Shown here: one piece after another, positions 48,628 to 57,908 of the stretch
How positions within the stretch are numbered: position 1 is the first letter of the stretch
Layout of the letters: each line of letters starts with the position of its first letter
Assembly: GCA_964348185.1 (NCBI GenBank)
Contig: CAYGBW010000101.1
Coordinates: forward strand, 994 to 64,993
Reading direction: 5' to 3'
From: an uncultured Thermodesulfobacteriota bacterium
GTDB taxonomy: Bacteria; Desulfobacterota; BSN033; WVXP01
DNA length: 64,000 nucleotides
Made by a program: the position numbers and the translations under genes
Notes under the pieces: generated by a model
What the model was told of the DNA's origin: nothing
Seen by the model: only the letters and a program-made list of their open reading frames with translations
Database searches by the model: none

Positions 48628-49065
48628 CTAGAACGTTCCAAGTTGACAGGGGCCGAGCCGAATCTCAAGCTTCTCACAAGCCGCAGTGATTTCCATCTTG
48701 GATAGACCAAAGGCCTCGGCAATCTCCCATGCTTTCTTGCAGGGAAGCCTCCCTCCCAGCACTCCCCCTCGAAGGGCCTGCTCGAGTTCCGGAGCGACCC
48801 TGTTCGCCGCCTCGACGATGTTTCGCCTTCCCCTCGTGTGTCCAAAGAGGCCGAGCTGACATTGGGTGATTTTTATTTCCAACAAGTCAGCAGCCTGGCC
48901 GACCTCACCGGGACTGATGCTGGCCTCCTGTACAATGGAGAAAGCGGATGCGCAGCTGAGGTGTGCCTCTGTGGCTTTTTCATAGACTTTCTCTGCCACG
49001 ACAGGATTCAACTGAGTGTTCGAAGCATGCTTTGTCTTATAGTGGCCTTCGTACTCGTGCGGCAT
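48628..49065 (-). CDS. hypothetical protein with an internal duplication ending in CQLG[LT]F
   Basis: Two modules of about 45 aa each have a Cys near the start and end in ..LEI+...CQLG.F (residues ~37-75 and ~108-145). Confidence 0.5.
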   Translation of the reverse strand: MPHEYEGHYKTKHASNTQLNPVVAEKVYEKATEAHLSCASAFSIVQEASISPGEVGQAADLLEIKITQCQLGLFGHTRGRRNIVEAANRVAPELEQALRGGVLGGRLPCKKAWEIAEAFGLSKMEITAACEKLEIRLGPCQLGTF

Positions 49066-49308
49066 ATCGCCTCTATCATAACCGATCCCCCCTGGCCTTT
49101 CAAGGGGGGCTGGAGAGAGGGCAGGTCGAGAGAGGTTGAAATTCTGGACGGATTGAGTGACATTATGGCAGAATCCTTATTGTCTCTGGGAAGTTAGGGA
49201 GGATTTGGTCTTTTTCCATGATGACTGTGAAGCGATCTGGAAACCTCCAAAAGGTTGGGGGCCAACGAGGTCCGCGCGGGGGCCTAGGATGGGGAGATCG
49301 GTTCTGAT

Positions 49309-50580
49309 ATGGTTCAAGTCAATCTTCTTCTGATTGCCTTCCTTGCGGTTTTTGGAATTCGTGCCGTTTTCCAGGTGTTGTTCAACCATTTGAATATCCG
49401 GCACCTCCGTAAGTACGGCAGTCAGGTCCCCGGCCCTTTCGAGGACATGGTGGATCAGGTGAAACTCGCGAGAATCTCTGCGTACACCGCCGACTCGTCC
49501 CGTTTCGGACTAATCACTAACCTGTTCGATCAGTCTCTGTTTCTGGTTGTTATTCTGTCCGGTTTTCTCCCTTGGCTGGCAGGGAGGCTCTCCCTATGGG
49601 TTTCAAACCCTATCTTGGGGGGACTGGTCTTTCTTGCTCTCCTCTGCCTTGTCCTCAACCTCTTTCACATCCCTTTCAGCCTCTGGGAAACCTTTGTGAT
49701 TGAAGCACACCACGGCTTCAATACGAGGACTCTCAGGATTTGGATCTCAGACCTCGCCAAGGAGACCGTCCTTTCGGCCGCATTGGGGGGGATAATCCTC
49801 TGCCTTGTCCTGATCTTGGTCAACAGTTTCCGACAGACCTGGTGGATATGGGCGTGGATGGTTCTTGGTGTTTTCCAGGGACTCATCCTCTGGCTGTACC
49901 CTGCCGTGATTGCACCGTGGTTTAACCGGTTTGAGCCGATTGCAGAGAGAACACTCAATCGTCGAATTCGACATCTCATGGAACAGGCAGGTCTCGGGGT
50001 GAAAGGGGTGTTTCAGATGGACGCGGGCAAGCGGACCCGACACACAAACGCTTATTTTACCGGTCTTGGTAGAACCAAGAGGATCGTCCTGTTTGACACC
50101 ACCCTCAATTCTCACACCGACGATGAGATCCTGGCGATCCTGTCCCATGAGGTCGGACACTGGAAGAAACGCCACGTCATCATACAGCTCATCCTAATTG
50201 AGGGGTTCTCCCTTTTCGGCCTCTTTCTGGCGGCCCAGTTGCTCGACTGGTCTCTTCTCTACCAGACTTTCGGATTTCCCGAGCCCGCTGTCTTTGTTGG
50301 GCTGTTTCTCGCCGGGGCTCTGATGAATCTGGGGGGATATTTTCTCCGTCCTCTACAGTCAGCCATTTCTAGAGGGTTTGAAAGGCAGGCGGACGATATG
50401 GTCCTGGAACTGACAGGGACAACCACGTTCCTCAGCCAGGCTCTCAAGAAGCTTGCCGTGGAGAACCTGGCAAATCTGAATCCCCATCCCCTCTACGCAT
50501 GGTTTTTCTATTCCCATCCTCCCATCGTGGAACGCATGGAGCGACTCAAGAGGATGGAAATAGGGCGGGAAGTTCCATGA
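49309..50580 (+). CDS. M48-family (Ste24/HtpX-like) zinc metalloprotease
   Basis: It has multiple N-terminal TM helices, the HEVGHWKKRH (HExxH) motif and a downstream E..AD motif (FERQADDMV). Confidence 0.85.
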   Translation: MVQVNLLLIAFLAVFGIRAVFQVLFNHLNIRHLRKYGSQVPGPFEDMVDQVKLARISAYTADSSRFGLITNLFDQSLFLVVILSGFLPWLAGRLSLWVSNPILGGLVFLALLCLVLNLFHIPFSLWETFVIEAHHGFNTRTLRIWISDLAKETVLSAALGGIILCLVLILVNSFRQTWWIWAWMVLGVFQGLILWLYPAVIAPWFNRFEPIAERTLNRRIRHLMEQAGLGVKGVFQMDAGKRTRHTNAYFTGLGRTKRIVLFDTTLNSHTDDEILAILSHEVGHWKKRHVIIQLILIEGFSLFGLFLAAQLLDWSLLYQTFGFPEPAVFVGLFLAGALMNLGGYFLRPLQSAISRGFERQADDMVLELTGTTTFLSQALKKLAVENLANLNPHPLYAWFFYSHPPIVERMERLKRMEIGREVP

Positions 50581-50864
50581 GACAGAACCTGAAATCGTCC
50601 GACGTTGTCTTGGTCCATATCCGGGAAAGACCCGCGTTTTACGCGCAGATTCGCACAATCGAGCCCGACGTCAAGAGGGCATGGTACCGGGCGACACTTC
50701 GATCTGTCTTTGGAGAGTTCCAGTGGATCCTTGAGGACGTTCACCTCTTCCTTGGCCAGACCTGGACGTTCGGCGGGATTCCCCACCGCATGGAACGGGT
50801 CAGAAGACGGAGGGAGCAATCCCCAGGGAACCCTAAAGTGACCCTCTTGAGGAGATTGAAATAA
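50577..50864 (+). CDS. hypothetical protein (95 aa)
   Basis: Its ATG overlaps the M48 stop (ATGA), which suggests translational coupling. No family recognised. Confidence 0.45.
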   Translation: MRQNLKSSDVVLVHIRERPAFYAQIRTIEPDVKRAWYRATLRSVFGEFQWILEDVHLFLGQTWTFGGIPHRMERVRRRREQSPGNPKVTLLRRLK

Positions 50865-50951
50865 CACCCCCCCACGCGAGAGGGTAACCCTGTTGGCCGG
50901 TTTTTGATCTCCTAGGTTCTTACGAGGTCCTGAGAGTGGCACCTAAAGTGT

Positions 50952-53432
50952 TCACTTTTTCTTCTCTTGGATTGGAAGTAATCGAACGAGAAGGGGGGTG
51001 TCGCCCCCTTCCCTTAACTCAACCTGCGCTGCCCAAGCATAATGATCGGTTAAAGTCAGGCGGACCTCATGCTTGCCGGAGGGGAGTTCAAGGCGCAGGG
51101 GGGTTTTCCCTTTGAATCCTCCGTCTACAAAGACCTGCGCTCCAATCGGCTTACTCTCTATGCTGAGGAGACCGTCTCTGATTGTTTCGCCCTTGGATCC
51201 CTCGGTACGGACACCTCGGGACGCCCGATACAACGTGACGATCTCGTCAAACCGGGGAGCATCGGCAAAGACTCCCCCTGTTTCACTCGCTATCTCTCTC
51301 AACGTATCGAGGTATCTCTTTTCCACCCGAGTGTAGCCGACACTGAGGATCGACACGCCGGAGCGGCGCGTGATCTCAATAACCTCCTCAAGGGTTGACC
51401 GGCTGCCTTCGTCCTTTCCATCGGAAAACAGGATCACGAACTTGCTCTGGAGTTCCTCCTTCTGAATCACCCCGATGGCACGAACCAGCGCGTCGAACAA
51501 GACGGTCCGTGTTCCCGCTGTTCGGAGTTTGTTGATCTCTTCTTTCAGGAGTCTCTTTTTCGACGTGAAGGGGCTGACCAGTTCGGTATTGTCATTGAAC
51601 GTCATGATCCCTGCTCGATCCTTCTGTCCCATCAAATTCACGAATTCCCAGGCTGACTTTCTAGTGCTATCCAACGGCCCTCCCTTTACCGAACCGCTCG
51701 TGTCCACGAGAAACAGAAAAGCAGCCCCAGCAGCCGTACCAGGAACTGGAAAACGGGAAGGCCTGTAAAGGTCCAGAGCCGTGGGCTTTACGTCTGGAAC
51801 CCTCAATGTGGAATAGCCAGGAGAGACCTCCAGAAGGGCGAACCTGCGATCAGTTCTTTTGCGGGGTTGCGGCCTCTTTGCTGTCTCATATCTCTCGATC
51901 CGGACCTGAGCAGGACCATCAGGGGGGGCCAGAATCATTTCCCTCTCCTCTGGAAGGGAGGGGGATTTGACGGGGGGGATTACTGGAAGTTCAGAAATAG
52001 CCTCAGGACTGAGCCGGTTTCTCTGTCTCGGTGCGAGATTCTGCGGGCTCCTGCTGGTTTCAAGTTTGGCCATTCGCCTGGGAGGGAGAGTGGGAGGGGC
52101 CGCGAGAGTCAGTTCCCTCCCCTCTGGGAGGGAAGGGGATTCGACGGTAGGGATCGGTCGAAGTTCGGAAATAGAGCGAGTACTGCGCCGGTTTCTCTGT
52201 CTGGGCGCTAGACGCTGCAGGCTCCTGCCGGTTTGAAGTTTCGCTATCCTCCCGGGAGGAAGATCGGGAGGGGCGGCCAGAGTCATTTCCCTCTGCTCTG
52301 GGAGGGAAGGGGATTGGACGCTAGGAATCGGTCGAAGTTTGGAAATAGAGCGAGTACTGCGCCGGTTTCTTCCCATGGGCGCTTTGGTTTTCTCCACGGT
52401 CTGAGAGTAAGGCCCTGTCCCACCCGTGCTTGCCTCAATCGGAGTCTTTGGCATTTCCACCTCGAAAATCAAGGTTCGGTCTGGCCGAGCAGGGTGGACA
52501 GGCGCAAGGCGCAGCGGAGGCGCCCGAGAAGTCGAGACCTTTGACTTACTCGCGACTTCTTCTCCCTCTCGACTTAGGGGCAAGGCACCCAGAGTTGGAA
52601 CGTGATCGACACTCAGACTGGGTTTGAAATCGCCTTGCTTTGGGATAGGCCCGGCCAGATCAGCAATTCTTAAGCGGGTCTCCGTACCCACGGATAACCG
52701 GCTCTTTGCCTCAACCGCGTCCCGATCCCTCTGGCGACCCATTGGGGAGACGTCCAATGTGGGAAGCTCGCCGATCGATGGGGTCGGTTCGACATCGGTT
52801 TCCTTTGGGATAGGCCCGGCCAGATCAGCGGTTTTCAACCGGGTCTCCACACCCGCGGATAACCGGCTCTTTGCCTCAACCGTGTCCCGATCCCTCTGGC
52901 GACCCATTGGGGAGACGTCCAGTTTGGGCAGTTCACCGACGGATGAACGAGGTTCGACATCGGTTTCCTTTGGGACAGGCCCGGCCAGATCAGGGAAGCT
53001 TGAACGGGTCTCAGGACTCGGCAAGGGTTGGCTCTTCGTCTCAAGGGTTCTCCTTGTGAGAAACTCCTGGCTGGCCGTAGGTTCAGGTAGATTCGGGTGG
53101 AGGAGTTTTTCTTTGTCGACGCTCAGGCTAGGCTCAATGCTGCCCTTTCTCGGATCGGGCCCGGCCAGATCACGGGTCTTTGGGCGGATCTCGGTACTCG
53201 GCAAGGGTTGGCTCTTCGTCTCAAGGGTTCTCCTCGCGACAACCTGTTGCCTAATCTCGGGTTCGGTTTGAGGGGAGAGGGGTTCCTCCCTCAGGACGAT
53301 GGTTTCCACCGGAATCACCTCATCAGGCGCCTTTCTGGCAAGGGATCTCAAGAACGCGTCGCCCCCGATGAGAAGACCCATGTGGACGAAAATCGAGATA
53401 AAAAGATACCTTCCAAGCCTCTTTTTCTTCAC
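50952..53432 (-). CDS. membrane-anchored VWA-domain protein with a long Pro/Arg-rich repeat linker and a C-terminal PEGA domain
   Basis: It has an N-terminal TM helix and about 450 aa of nested repeats. The VWA core has a MIDAS-like FLVDTSGS motif, and the PEGA-like C-terminus reads SKPIGAQVFVDG..KGKTPL.L.L..G.H.V.L. Confidence 0.8.
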   Translation of the reverse strand: MKKKRLGRYLFISIFVHMGLLIGGDAFLRSLARKAPDEVIPVETIVLREEPLSPQTEPEIRQQVVARRTLETKSQPLPSTEIRPKTRDLAGPDPRKGSIEPSLSVDKEKLLHPNLPEPTASQEFLTRRTLETKSQPLPSPETRSSFPDLAGPVPKETDVEPRSSVGELPKLDVSPMGRQRDRDTVEAKSRLSAGVETRLKTADLAGPIPKETDVEPTPSIGELPTLDVSPMGRQRDRDAVEAKSRLSVGTETRLRIADLAGPIPKQGDFKPSLSVDHVPTLGALPLSREGEEVASKSKVSTSRAPPLRLAPVHPARPDRTLIFEVEMPKTPIEASTGGTGPYSQTVEKTKAPMGRNRRSTRSISKLRPIPSVQSPSLPEQREMTLAAPPDLPPGRIAKLQTGRSLQRLAPRQRNRRSTRSISELRPIPTVESPSLPEGRELTLAAPPTLPPRRMAKLETSRSPQNLAPRQRNRLSPEAISELPVIPPVKSPSLPEEREMILAPPDGPAQVRIERYETAKRPQPRKRTDRRFALLEVSPGYSTLRVPDVKPTALDLYRPSRFPVPGTAAGAAFLFLVDTSGSVKGGPLDSTRKSAWEFVNLMGQKDRAGIMTFNDNTELVSPFTSKKRLLKEEINKLRTAGTRTVLFDALVRAIGVIQKEELQSKFVILFSDGKDEGSRSTLEEVIEITRRSGVSILSVGYTRVEKRYLDTLREIASETGGVFADAPRFDEIVTLYRASRGVRTEGSKGETIRDGLLSIESKPIGAQVFVDGGFKGKTPLRLELPSGKHEVRLTLTDHYAWAAQVELREGGDTPLLVRLLPIQEKKK
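51875..53234 (-). repeat. nested intragenic tandem repeats inside the VWA gene (units of about 180, 150 and 174 bp)
   Basis: At protein level RRTLETKSQPLPS... occurs twice, DLAGPxPKETDVEP...ETRLKxA occurs about 2.5 times and RNRRSTRSISxLRPIPxVxSPSLPE...LAPRQ occurs about 3 times. The DNA copies are near-identical, for example GGCCCGGCCAGATCA recurring at least 4 times. Confidence 0.85.
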
Positions 53433-53450
53433 AGATCGATCAAAGGGTCT

Positions 53451-55397
53451 CTATTTGCCTGGTTCTAGAGTTTTTTCTTCGTGTGTACTGCTCCCCAAAC
53501 TGATGGCCTTTTCAAATTCGTTTTTGGCCTCCTCATGCATTCCCATTTCCGTGAATACCAATCCGAGGTTGTTGTGGATGTAGTCGCGGTCCGGGTCGAT
53601 CTCTGCCGCCTTTGACAGGTATTGGTGCGCTTCATTGTAAGATTTTTTGTTGAAATAGAGAACGCCCAGATTATTCAGGGCATCGACATTTTCAGGTTCA
53701 ATGCGCAAAATGGCCTGATATTGTTCGATCGAGTCATCGTCTCGATCCTGGGAGGCGAGGATCTCTGCCAGCCTGAATCGGGCGGGGACATTATCCGGAT
53801 TGATCCGAATCGTTGCCAGATAGGCCTCTTTCGCCTCTTCGATTTGATCCGACGCCTGCAATACGGTCCCCAAACCAAAATGGGCGTCCTCATGTTCAGA
53901 GGCCATCTCAATGGTCTTCTGGTAAGCCTCGGCGGCTCTCCTATACTCTTTTTTCGCCTCAAAAATAGTGCCAAGGTTGTAATAACCTTGAAAAAAACCG
54001 GGATTGACCGCAACGGCCTTCTGAAAGCTCTTGAGGGCCATGTCGAGTTTATCCATTTTCCGATAAATTACGCCAATATTGTTATAGGCTTCGGCAAAAT
54101 CCGGTTTCACCTTCACTGCATTCTCGTAGGCCTCCATGGCTTCTTTTACGTTTCCCTGTTCACTGTAGATCGTGCCCAGGTTGTTGTAGGCTTCGGCAAA
54201 ATCCGGTTTCAAGGACGTTGCTTTTTGATAGTAGTTCACAGCTTCTGTTTTCTGCCCATTCCTATCGTAAATAACCCCCAAATTGAAATAGGCTTCAGGA
54301 ATGGTGGGATCCAGTTTGATGGCTTCCTGATACTCCCGAGATGCCCGCTGATACTGGTTCTGAAGATCATAAGAAAGGGCCAAATGAAAACGGATATCCC
54401 CTCGGCCTGGAGCTCTGGATTTGGCGCGGAGAAGATGCTCGACGGCTTTCGGGTAGTCGCCTCTCTTTGTCAGTGCAATCCCCGCACCCAGGAGCGCGTC
54501 AACCGCACCTGGGTCCACCTGGAGAACACGCCCATATTCCTTCAGGGCAGCGTCTGTTTGTTCTGACTCAAAGAGGATATCCGCAAGCTGTGTGCGGGCC
54601 TCAAGGTGATTTGGATTCTGCCTCAGAGCTGAACGGAATTGGGTCAACGCCATTTGGTTGTCCTTTTTCTGTCTATATACGAGGCCGAGTTCGTACCTGA
54701 TTTCAGGATCCAACGGGCTCAGGTCCAATGCAGACTCGTAGTGTTTCAATGCCAAGTCCGTTTTGCCCAACTCCACATAAGCCTTTGCCAGAGCCACATG
54801 GATATCCACGTTTTTCGGATTCAGCGAGATACCCCTTTCATAGGCCTCTACAGCATCCTCGAACCGCCCTAGCCTATAAAAGGTAACGCCGAGATTGTAA
54901 TGGTCCTCCCATGATTTCGGGTCCAGCTCAACGGTTCGCTTCAAAGCGTTCACAGCCTGTGGCAGCTTTCCCTGTCTTAAGAGAATATATCCGAGGGTCC
55001 TAAAGCCTTTGACAGCCCGGTCGTCCAGTTGGGTGACCTTCTGGAGTTCCTGAACCGCCTCGTCAAGGGATTCCTTTTTCAGATAGGCGAGGCCCAGGTT
55101 GAAATGAAAATCGACAGCGTCCGGGGTCTGCTCGATTTGCTTTTTATACGCTTCAATGGCCTTATCGATATCTCCCTTCTGGAAGAAGGCAGATCCAAGG
55201 AGTCCATAGAGGTTTGGAAAATCCGGGTCAAGGGCCAAGGCCTTCTGAAACTGCTTCACAGCATCTTCATATCTGCCCAGTTTGTAGTAGCTGTCTCCCA
55301 GATTCACGTAGAACGAAGCCCTCTCATCGGCTTCCGCGAGAGCAAAATGCAAACCAATCCAGATTACCAGCAGCGCGAAAAAGAATTGTCGTTTCAT
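53451..55397 (-). CDS. secreted tetratricopeptide-repeat (TPR) protein
   Basis: It has a signal peptide (FALLVIWIGLHFALA) followed by about 17 consecutive 34-aa TPR units (recurrent A..Y.KA..L.P......YNLG). Confidence 0.85.
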   Translation of the reverse strand: MKRQFFFALLVIWIGLHFALAEADERASFYVNLGDSYYKLGRYEDAVKQFQKALALDPDFPNLYGLLGSAFFQKGDIDKAIEAYKKQIEQTPDAVDFHFNLGLAYLKKESLDEAVQELQKVTQLDDRAVKGFRTLGYILLRQGKLPQAVNALKRTVELDPKSWEDHYNLGVTFYRLGRFEDAVEAYERGISLNPKNVDIHVALAKAYVELGKTDLALKHYESALDLSPLDPEIRYELGLVYRQKKDNQMALTQFRSALRQNPNHLEARTQLADILFESEQTDAALKEYGRVLQVDPGAVDALLGAGIALTKRGDYPKAVEHLLRAKSRAPGRGDIRFHLALSYDLQNQYQRASREYQEAIKLDPTIPEAYFNLGVIYDRNGQKTEAVNYYQKATSLKPDFAEAYNNLGTIYSEQGNVKEAMEAYENAVKVKPDFAEAYNNIGVIYRKMDKLDMALKSFQKAVAVNPGFFQGYYNLGTIFEAKKEYRRAAEAYQKTIEMASEHEDAHFGLGTVLQASDQIEEAKEAYLATIRINPDNVPARFRLAEILASQDRDDDSIEQYQAILRIEPENVDALNNLGVLYFNKKSYNEAHQYLSKAAEIDPDRDYIHNNLGLVFTEMGMHEEAKNEFEKAISLGSSTHEEKTLEPGK

Positions 55398-55531
55398 GTG
55401 GAAACCCCTCCTCTAATAGCAAAACCCCAAGACTCGAATACTCGTTCCTCCTCACGTTCCACGGCAGAACCTGTTTCCAAAAACCCCTTCGACGACTCGG
55501 CACTATCCCAATGATCGTGATGAGCGACAAG

Positions 55532-57064
55532 CTACTGCATTTGTTTGAAGTGCTTGTAGATCTCCACGAGTTCATCCTGGGAAAACTCGGTGATGATGAG
55601 TTCCTGCCCAGGGCTTATGCGGTCTGGATTCCTTCCCATCCGGCCAGTTCGGTAGTTATACACATAGGAGTCACGTGTTTTCTGATCGAGGACTCTGCCC
55701 AGAAACGAACTGTACCCGTCTTCTCGTGGCTCGTCAGCGTCTGTGGGTATGTCCAAGGTCAGAATCGGTGGGGGTTTCTGATCCCCATGTACTGGAATTC
55801 CTCTCCGAAATTGATCCATGAGTCCGTGTTGGATGATGCCCCAGATGCCTTGAGTATCTCCACGAGTAACTGTGTGGACATAAAGGGTCAAGTCTGAAAG
55901 ATCCTTGCCCTCTTCGAAGAGCTTGGAGACCGCGATCTTTTCCTCTGGCCCCTCAATCACGATCTTGATCGGAGTCTCAAGGCTAATGGATTTGTCCGAA
56001 AGAAGTTGATCCAGGGATGCGACGACCATTTCTTCCTCTTTGAGGAGGATCTTAATCGGCGTGTCGAGGGTGATGCGTTGACCTCTCAGCAATTCCTCGG
56101 GCGTCGTCACAACGACCTTTCGTTCTTCTTTCAGCACTTGAATGGGGGTATCGAGCATGATGGACTGATCTTCCAATAATTCCTGCGGTGTTATCACAAC
56201 AACCTCTTGCTCTTCCCGAAGAACCCTGATCGGGGTATCCGGAGTCATGGACTGATCTTCCAATAATTCCCGGGGCGTTGTCATGACAAGCTCGGCTTCT
56301 TTCATAAAAACCCTAATCGGGGTATCGAGGGTAATGGACTGATCTTCCAATAATTCCTGGGGCGTTGTTACAACAACCTCTTGTACTTCCTTAAGGACCT
56401 TGATCGGGGTATCCGGAGTCATGGATAGATCTTCCAATAATTCCCGGGGCGTTGTCATAACAGGCTCGGTTTCTTTTTCAAGAACCCTAATCGGGGTATC
56501 GAGGGTAATGGACTGATCCTCCAATAATTCCTGGGGTGTTGTCGCAACAACCTTTTGTCCTTTTCTAAGGACTCTGATCGGGGTATGGGGGGTGATCGAC
56601 TGATCCTCTAATAATTCCTGGAGTGTTGTTGAAACAACCTTTTGCTCTTCCTCAAGGACCCGGACCTGACCTGTGGGACCGATGGTTTTGTCTTCTAGAA
56701 GCTCCCTGGGGGTGGTAATGACTGTCTTATCTCTTTCCAGTAGGATTTTGAGACGAGATTCACCGCCAATGGGCTGGTCCTTCAGAAGCTCTTTCGGTGT
56801 CTTGACGAGGATCTTCCGGTCTCTTATCGACAAGACGGTTTGCGAACCAACAAAATGATCGGCCTGTTCTACATCGAGGGGTTCCTTGGCCTCCGGTTTC
56901 AGAGACTCGATGTGTTTGAGTGCCTCCTCTGTTACCGCCTTTTGGGATTCTCTCTCACGTTCAGATCTCAGCCAAAGAAAAAAGGCGACGGCGATGACGA
57001 TGACTACAAGAGGGATTATGTACTTTAAGTAGGTCTTTATCTTCCGTCTGCCACTCCTTTCCAT
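55532..57064 (-). CDS. membrane-anchored acidic repeat protein with a C-terminal LysM-like segment
   Basis: It has an N-terminal TM helix and about 10-11 tandem 29-aa repeats (TTPxELLEDQSIxxDTPIRVLxExxxVV). The C-terminus (YVHTVTRGDTQGIWGII...ISPGQELII) resembles a LysM domain with an insertion. Confidence 0.75.
   Translation of the reverse strand: MERSGRRKIKTYLKYIIPLVVIVIAVAFFLWLRSERERESQKAVTEEALKHIESLKPEAKEPLDVEQADHFVGSQTVLSIRDRKILVKTPKELLKDQPIGGESRLKILLERDKTVITTPRELLEDKTIGPTGQVRVLEEEQKVVSTTLQELLEDQSITPHTPIRVLRKGQKVVATTPQELLEDQSITLDTPIRVLEKETEPVMTTPRELLEDLSMTPDTPIKVLKEVQEVVVTTPQELLEDQSITLDTPIRVFMKEAELVMTTPRELLEDQSMTPDTPIRVLREEQEVVVITPQELLEDQSIMLDTPIQVLKEERKVVVTTPEELLRGQRITLDTPIKILLKEEEMVVASLDQLLSDKSISLETPIKIVIEGPEEKIAVSKLFEEGKDLSDLTLYVHTVTRGDTQGIWGIIQHGLMDQFRRGIPVHGDQKPPPILTLDIPTDADEPREDGYSSFLGRVLDQKTRDSYVYNYRTGRMGRNPDRISPGQELIITEFSQDELVEIYKHFKQMQ
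55931..56803 (-). repeat. tandem 87-bp (29-codon) repeat array with a 174-bp higher-order alternation
   Basis: GGACTGATCTTCCAATAATTCC recurs with small variations at about 87-nt spacing on the plus strand. Two alternating subtypes (ITLDTPIRV.. / MTPDTPI.VL..) are visible in the translation. Confidence 0.85.
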
Positions 57065-57908
57065 GATCTATCTCCCATGTTACGCTCGTGGCTTCCCGGC
57101 ACGAACCCCTGAACGATCCCTCCCGTGCGCCGCTAGAGCGGAGGTGATCCTCGTATGCCGACCGGCCAAGTTTTGGGATTCTCACTCTCGGCTCACTTTC
57201 GCCCTCCTATCGTAGCGAATGGGGAATTGGGGCGCCACGCTTCTCGCGACCCGGCTCTCAGCCATCGATGTTAGCAGATCCCGGGACGTTCAAAGCTTAG
57301 ACGAGCGCCTTTTGGTCCCCTTTCGATGTAGAACAGGCTGTCAGCTCAGCAGAGCAATCGAGGACTTAGCCCATCTCCGATGTCAAATCCAAATCTCCCC
57401 ACGCCTCCGTTACTAGGCACATTTTACCCCTTTAGAGGGTTGAAGTCAAAGGTGACGTTTCGTCCCAGAATTCGTTGTGAGACAAACATTTCTGTTATCT
57501 TCCCTTTCTGGGAGTGGTCTTGAGTTGTTCAAACCCCTCTTGCCAATCAGAGGAGTCGGGTGGAATCGAAACCTGGGATTGGTTGCAGGCCTGTGAATCA
57601 GCCGTGGCCACCCTCTAGCTGGAAAAGGGTTTGCAAGACCAAAGACAAACAGACCCACAGGACGCCGCTTGCTGATATCTCCCAACCATGATAAGAATTG
57701 ACCCAAAGGACCCTGAAAGGCCGGAAGGGGAGTCCTAAGGGGGAAGTGATGTTTTCTCGATAGCAATACCTGGCAAAGCAAAACCGGCACAGATCCCATA
57801 TTTGAGTCAAGGAGAGGGGTCCAACGCGAAGGGGCGCGCGTGTGGTCGCTCAGATCAGAAAGGGCTGAAGAGGGTAGAAGAGCCATCCCTTCTCTTTTTC
57901 GACCTTTT

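Noticed and set aside
52624-54566. Long ORFs antisense or out of frame to confidently called genes. Examples are 52624..53271(+), 53622..54566(+), 14..673(-), 23357..23959(-), 25595..26146(-), 30550..31362(-), 45040..45768(-), 34227..34859(-) and 60782..61681(-).
   Set aside because: Each lies wholly inside a gene with strong family motifs on the other strand or frame, and each has Arg/Pro/Gly-biased composition typical of shadow ORFs in GC-rich DNA. The repeat-derived ones simply mirror the tandem repeats.
57140-57150. On the minus strand, GGATCACCTCC is identical to the conserved 3' tail of 16S rRNA.
   Set aside because: No other 16S sequence surrounds it. On the plus strand it is simply a strong Shine-Dalgarno-like GGAGGTGA ahead of a 39-codon ORF, which is noted in the finding on the 57.1-58.1 kb interval.
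57377-57400. On the minus strand, GGGGAGATTTGGATTTGACATCGG resembles the 5' end of tmRNA (GGGG...GGAUUCGAC).
   Set aside because: Within the next ~400 nt on that strand I found no T-arm (GGTTCGAnTCC), no 3' strand complementary to GGGGAGA followed by ACCA, and no Ala-rich tag reading frame ending in a stop. I also saw no upstream acceptor piece that would suggest a permuted gene. The match is probably chance. Only a covariance-model scan could revive the idea.
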